A stretch of 63,742 nucleotides of DNA, the filler included, from Stramenopiles sp. TOSAG23-2 (taxonomy: Eukaryota): the NCBI GenBank assembly GCA_900128395.1. It is 22 parts of 22 records of this genome, joined end to end, with 100 filler letters (N's around TTAATTAATTAA, not from the genome) between each part and the next. Parts side by side here need not be neighbours in the genome. Positions count along the whole stretch, not along the records: positions 59,774 to 62,642 come from LT651488.1; positions 62,743 to 63,742 come from LT654095.1; 20 more parts are not named here. One strand, written 5' to 3'. The notes beneath the pieces were generated by a model, which was not told where the DNA came from, searched no databases, and saw only the letters and a list, made by a program, of their open reading frames with translations. Position numbers and translations under genes: made by a program. Shown piece after piece: positions 59,862 to 63,742 of the stretch (the stretch's first letter is position 1; every line of letters begins with the position of its first letter).

Positions 59862-62387
59862 TCATTTTCGTAAAAGTACACGATAAAATTTATCAACTGC
59901 AGCATAACTCACATTAATACTCTTGACAATATCAGATCGTTGATGTCGAAAACGTCTTCTTGCAAGCATATCGCTTAACTTTTCAGTTGCTGCTGACAAT
60001 TCATGAATTGCATGAATAATTTCATCTTTCCGCTTTCCAAATTTTTTACCATTTCTAACTTTTGCCTTTAAAGCATCTGTTTTTGATGCAAGATAAGATG
60101 CTTTAAAATACGCCCATATCCAAGAAGCTTTCAAGATGGACCTACTTTTAATTAATATATGAAAACCCGAATTAACAAACGTTACATCTGTGTTGGGTTG
60201 ATTGGTACTTTCAAGGATATCAATCATTCTAGCCTCAGCAGAGGCCAATAATGGTTTTTCTAAATACAGTGAATTCTGATGTGCAACTGATTGTGTATAA
60301 AATAATAAAAAATTTTCTATATCTTTCGCTTTTGCATCAGATTGTTTTTTTTCCTCTTTATTTGTTTTAGCACCGCTGCCTTTGTAAATATCACATCTGA
60401 AGAAACCACCAGTATTATTACCATGTTCCTTCCATGGTCCCATGCAGATCCAACAAAACTCGTGTGTGCAATGTTTGCATGTCATATGGTTGCATCCATC
60501 GTTTTTTTGGATTTTTACTTTGCATTTTGGGCAATTTTTTGTATTTGCACGTAACCATATTTCTGAAGCTAGATCGTTGGCCCCTGTTATTTCACCTGCA
60601 ACTGTCATTTTATGTTTTTCCATTCCAATATATGTATTTATTAGTTCTTTCCAATCTTCCATCATTTTACAACTAGCTGGATCATGAGGCGGGCTTGCAT
60701 TGCATTTAAAGCAAAACCTATGTTCACATAAACATGTTGCGCCGTTAAAGAAGAAGTCTTGATCACGGTTTTGACGTCTATATTTGCTGCTTCGACCATG
60801 TGGTAGCCATCCAGCGTCTGCATCTTGATGGTAAAAATTATCATTATTATTGTTCAGTATTGTTTTATTATTTACTTTTTTAATAGCGTAGTCACAGGTT
60901 GGTCTTGGGCACCACTGAATATTTTTATTTGATTCTACGAAACTTTTCAAATCGAAATATAAATATTTTTGCCCTACGTCATATGGTACAATTTGCTGTA
61001 TTATATCAATAGGAATTAGTTGATTACAATATTTTTCTGGACACACAATTTTCATATTGGCATTTTTTATTTTCATTTTTAAATATTCACCCCAACATTT
61101 TTTACAAAAAGTATGTCCACATGCTGGTAACTCAATCATTTCCAGTCTATTCCTCCTTTTTTCTTTTTGTTTTGCTACAAGCGCAATCATGGTAAACGGG
61201 TTTGTAGAAATAGCATTAACATTGCTCGATTTTTTAGAATCTTCTTTTTTTTCTTTATGTCTTAATTGTTGCGATTTTAGATTATTAATTAAGCGTTGAA
61301 CTTTCATCTTATCAATAGGTTTAGTCATTGATAATTGAATAGATTTCAAGTAATCTATTTCTTCAATCCAAATCCATTCTTCATTATCCTCATACCATAC
61401 ACCGATATCTACATCTTCTACCTGTTTATCATTATTGCCATTGCCGTTCATTGTAGAGGTAGAAACTGTCTCTTTTCGTATATCCAATTCCTCTTCGCCA
61501 CATATTAAGCACTTATTTTGCCTTTTATTAAAATTATAATTTTTATTATTATTTGTTCCAGTACTTAACGATACACCAGCTTTTTTACATGTATTGTGAG
61601 GATTTGATAGAAACTCATTAGCAGTTTTTGTTTTATCCCATTTGAAAAAACGCAATAAAGCCTCGGCTGTCCATAAATCGACACCAAGCATCGTTGACAT
61701 TTCAATTAATGCCCCATCTTTTTCTGATCGAATATCTTGCAATATCAACCCTTTCCCTTCTATATCTCGTAAACTGGTATGGGAGGTAGCACGAACTTTT
61801 GCATTTTTATCTGCAAGTGATGAAAAAATTGTTTTAGATTCAATATGTGATGCAATAGTAGCAGCTCCACCTTGTTGTGCCTCGTCAGCTGGGGTCATTG
61901 AACTGTGATTCAAAATGCGTTCATCGGCACCTGCTTCTAACAAAAGATCAACTATCTTCCTTCGACCTCTTCTTGCAGCATGGTGCAATGCTGTCCTACC
62001 AGATTGATCTTGGATATTTATAGTCTCTCTAGATGGTATGTGATTTAAGATATATACAATACAACCTAAGCGTGAGGGATTTTCTTGATTTCCTATGCCA
62101 CCCCCGCATGCACAATGTAGAATGCTTTCTTGGGCTAAATTTAATTTTGTTATGTTTGATTTTATTTTTCGATGGTCTTTTTCTAGAAATAAACGCAAAA
62201 ACGTTTCATTTCCACCTAATGCAGCGCAGTGCATTAAAGTTGTGCCATACCAAGTATCATTTTTACTTTTTGTAATAAATTCAAAAGGTTTTATATTTTT
62301 TTTATTAATCTCATAAATTTTTTCTGCCGCTTGCATGTCATTGTCTACCAAAGCCCTTGCCAGCTTGGATGAGCTTCTATTTCCCAT
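59862..62387 (-). CDS. Ankyrin repeat + RBR E3 ubiquitin ligase, ANKIB1-like
   Basis: MGNRSSS myristoylation-type start, ankyrins (GRTALHHAARRG), UBA-like AEALLRFFKWDK, RING1 CGHTFCKKCW, IBR WCPRPTC...HRFCFKC, RING2 CPKC...KNDGCNHMTC...FCWIC and an Ariadne tail. Confidence 0.92.
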   Translation of the reverse strand: MGNRSSSKLARALVDNDMQAAEKIYEINKKNIKPFEFITKSKNDTWYGTTLMHCAALGGNETFLRLFLEKDHRKIKSNITKLNLAQESILHCACGGGIGNQENPSRLGCIVYILNHIPSRETINIQDQSGRTALHHAARRGRRKIVDLLLEAGADERILNHSSMTPADEAQQGGAATIASHIESKTIFSSLADKNAKVRATSHTSLRDIEGKGLILQDIRSEKDGALIEMSTMLGVDLWTAEALLRFFKWDKTKTANEFLSNPHNTCKKAGVSLSTGTNNNKNYNFNKRQNKCLICGEEELDIRKETVSTSTMNGNGNNDKQVEDVDIGVWYEDNEEWIWIEEIDYLKSIQLSMTKPIDKMKVQRLINNLKSQQLRHKEKKEDSKKSSNVNAISTNPFTMIALVAKQKEKRRNRLEMIELPACGHTFCKKCWGEYLKMKIKNANMKIVCPEKYCNQLIPIDIIQQIVPYDVGQKYLYFDLKSFVESNKNIQWCPRPTCDYAIKKVNNKTILNNNNDNFYHQDADAGWLPHGRSSKYRRQNRDQDFFFNGATCLCEHRFCFKCNASPPHDPASCKMMEDWKELINTYIGMEKHKMTVAGEITGANDLASEIWLRANTKNCPKCKVKIQKNDGCNHMTCKHCTHEFCWICMGPWKEHGNNTGGFFRCDIYKGSGAKTNKEEKKQSDAKAKDIENFLLFYTQSVAHQNSLYLEKPLLASAEARMIDILESTNQPNTDVTFVNSGFHILIKSRSILKASWIWAYFKASYLASKTDALKAKVRNGKKFGKRKDEIIHAIHELSAATEKLSDMLARRRFRHQRSDIVKSINVSYAAVDKFYRVLLRK

Positions 62388-63018
62388 CTTGGCGCCTTTA
62401 TGTTGATAATTGAAGTAGTGATCTAGACGTGTGTAATTTATGTCTTTGTTGAGATTTAGTTCTATATAATGCACTAATAAGTATAATATTAATACATTAA
62501 TTATAGTCCTCGTCTAAATAACTAAATATGGTATTATAATTAATATATATATATATGATACGTGCATATGCATGTTTTTTTCCCCTCCAAATATTGGTTG
62601 AAATCTCTGGTCTAAGTACGGAGTAGTTGTATACTAGGAACANNNNNNNNNNNNNNNNNNNNNNNNNNNNNNNNNNNNNNNNNNNNTTAATTAATTAANN
62701 NNNNNNNNNNNNNNNNNNNNNNNNNNNNNNNNNNNNNNNNNNTTATTAAGGATGATGAATCCTGGAATTTGTAGTTTATAATAAATCTTTCTTATAATAA
62801 ATACATCCTTAAAAATAAAGTATATAAAATGTAGTTGTCTATATATATATATGTGTCTTAATATTATAAAAAATTATTATTTTTTGTAGTAGTATAGATA
62901 CTGTACATATAAATAAAGAATATATATTCAGAGGGAGAAGTATAGTCGGTTTACTTACAATATATATATCAATAAGCAGTGAATGAAAAGAAAACGAAAA
63001 TAGAAAATTAACATCATC

Positions 63019-63582
63019 ATGGAAGATTTAAGATGTGCATACGAAATTGCAAGAGAGGAACAAATTAAAAAAAACAAAGAATTTTTAAAATCTTTAAATT
63101 TAATTAATCCAATAACAAAAGAATTATCAACATCTTCAACAAAGAAAAAAAGAAAACGAAACGTTAATAATAGTGCCAATAAGAAAAAGAAAGATAGTAT
63201 ATTAAGACCTAAACGACGCAGTTCCAGATTGTTAGACAAAGATAAGATCGACTATGATGATGAGAAGGAAATGATAATTAATAGGGAAAAAGAGGATGAA
63301 GCAAATCGTCTTTTAAAGTATGAAAAACTTTTAAAATTACATGAAAAAAATGGAAATGCTGCGTTACCCAAAACAGCTTCATATGCACATACTTTAGATC
63401 GCGTTTTATCGATGAGTATGAAAGCATTAGAAAGTCGTATGCGTAAAATTGAAAGAGCAAATGGCAAATATGCTATTGTAAAAATGAGAATGTTTGCCGA
63501 AGTGCTTTTATTGGAAGGATATGAAGATTTAGCAAAAAAATGTGAAGAATCATTATTGAGACTTCAAAGTCAAAAAAAGTGA
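63019..63582 (+). CDS. Small basic nuclear-type protein of unknown function
   Basis: AYEIAREEQIKKNKEFLKSLNL (YExxRxxxIxxNxxxLxxL motif), RRSSRL, and a compact helical C-domain. Confidence 0.75.
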   Translation: MEDLRCAYEIAREEQIKKNKEFLKSLNLINPITKELSTSSTKKKRKRNVNNSANKKKKDSILRPKRRSSRLLDKDKIDYDDEKEMIINREKEDEANRLLKYEKLLKLHEKNGNAALPKTASYAHTLDRVLSMSMKALESRMRKIERANGKYAIVKMRMFAEVLLLEGYEDLAKKCEESLLRLQSQKK

Positions 63583-63742
63583 TACTCGTTTCTATATTCC
63601 TCTTGATAAACGCGTTTGTACATTTATTTATTAATAATTTTTTTAGGAAAAAAAGGAAAATATGGAGAGATATTTTTAGTAGAATATGTTGTTTATTTTT
63701 AAAAATTATCTACAATTTCATCGTATTTTTAAAAAATTAATA

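Overview
This window is not one locus. It is a pseudo-scaffold of 22 unrelated contigs of about 2.9 kb, sorted by decreasing length (2911 to 2869 bp, the last truncated) and joined by an artificial 100-nt spacer (N44-TTAATTAATTAA-N44). Gene neighbourhood therefore means something only within a contig. The DNA is from an AT-rich, intron-poor microbial eukaryote using the standard code, with poly-Asn tracts and short GT-AG introns with CTAAC branch boxes. It is probably a marine heterotrophic flagellate such as a MAST-type stramenopile (inference). Inverted chimeras, 55-nt terminal overlaps and a 55-N gap suggest a single-cell MDA assembly with k=55. Recognisable genes: DDX1 (split by an inversion), an AFG2B/SPATA5L1-like AAA ATPase, a SMYD-type SET protein, RPA2, TAF10, an ANKIB1-like RBR ligase, an RHBDL4-like rhomboid, a type-B carboxylesterase, an MFS transporter, a CREST/ceramidase-like protein, a PEBP, a 2OG-Fe(II) oxygenase and large repetitive surface proteins. 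Most notable: (i) a candidate 7TM ion channel of the insect odorant/gustatory receptor fold; (ii) signal-peptide-bearing SETD3/LSMT-type methyltransferases, one fused to a PRKCSH-like Cys module; (iii) about 600 bp of Prochlorococcus-like DNA (nadE plus a DUF3326-like tail) fused to a host gene, probably prey DNA; (iv) an OTU deubiquitinase visible only after splicing two ORFs; (v) unusual architectures (XK-LRR-ankyrin, PDZ-helical-ARID, IBR with a non-canonical RING2, an ER Cys/His repeat protein). No rRNA, tRNA, CRISPR array or transposase was recognised. All family calls come from reading motifs by eye, not from database searches.
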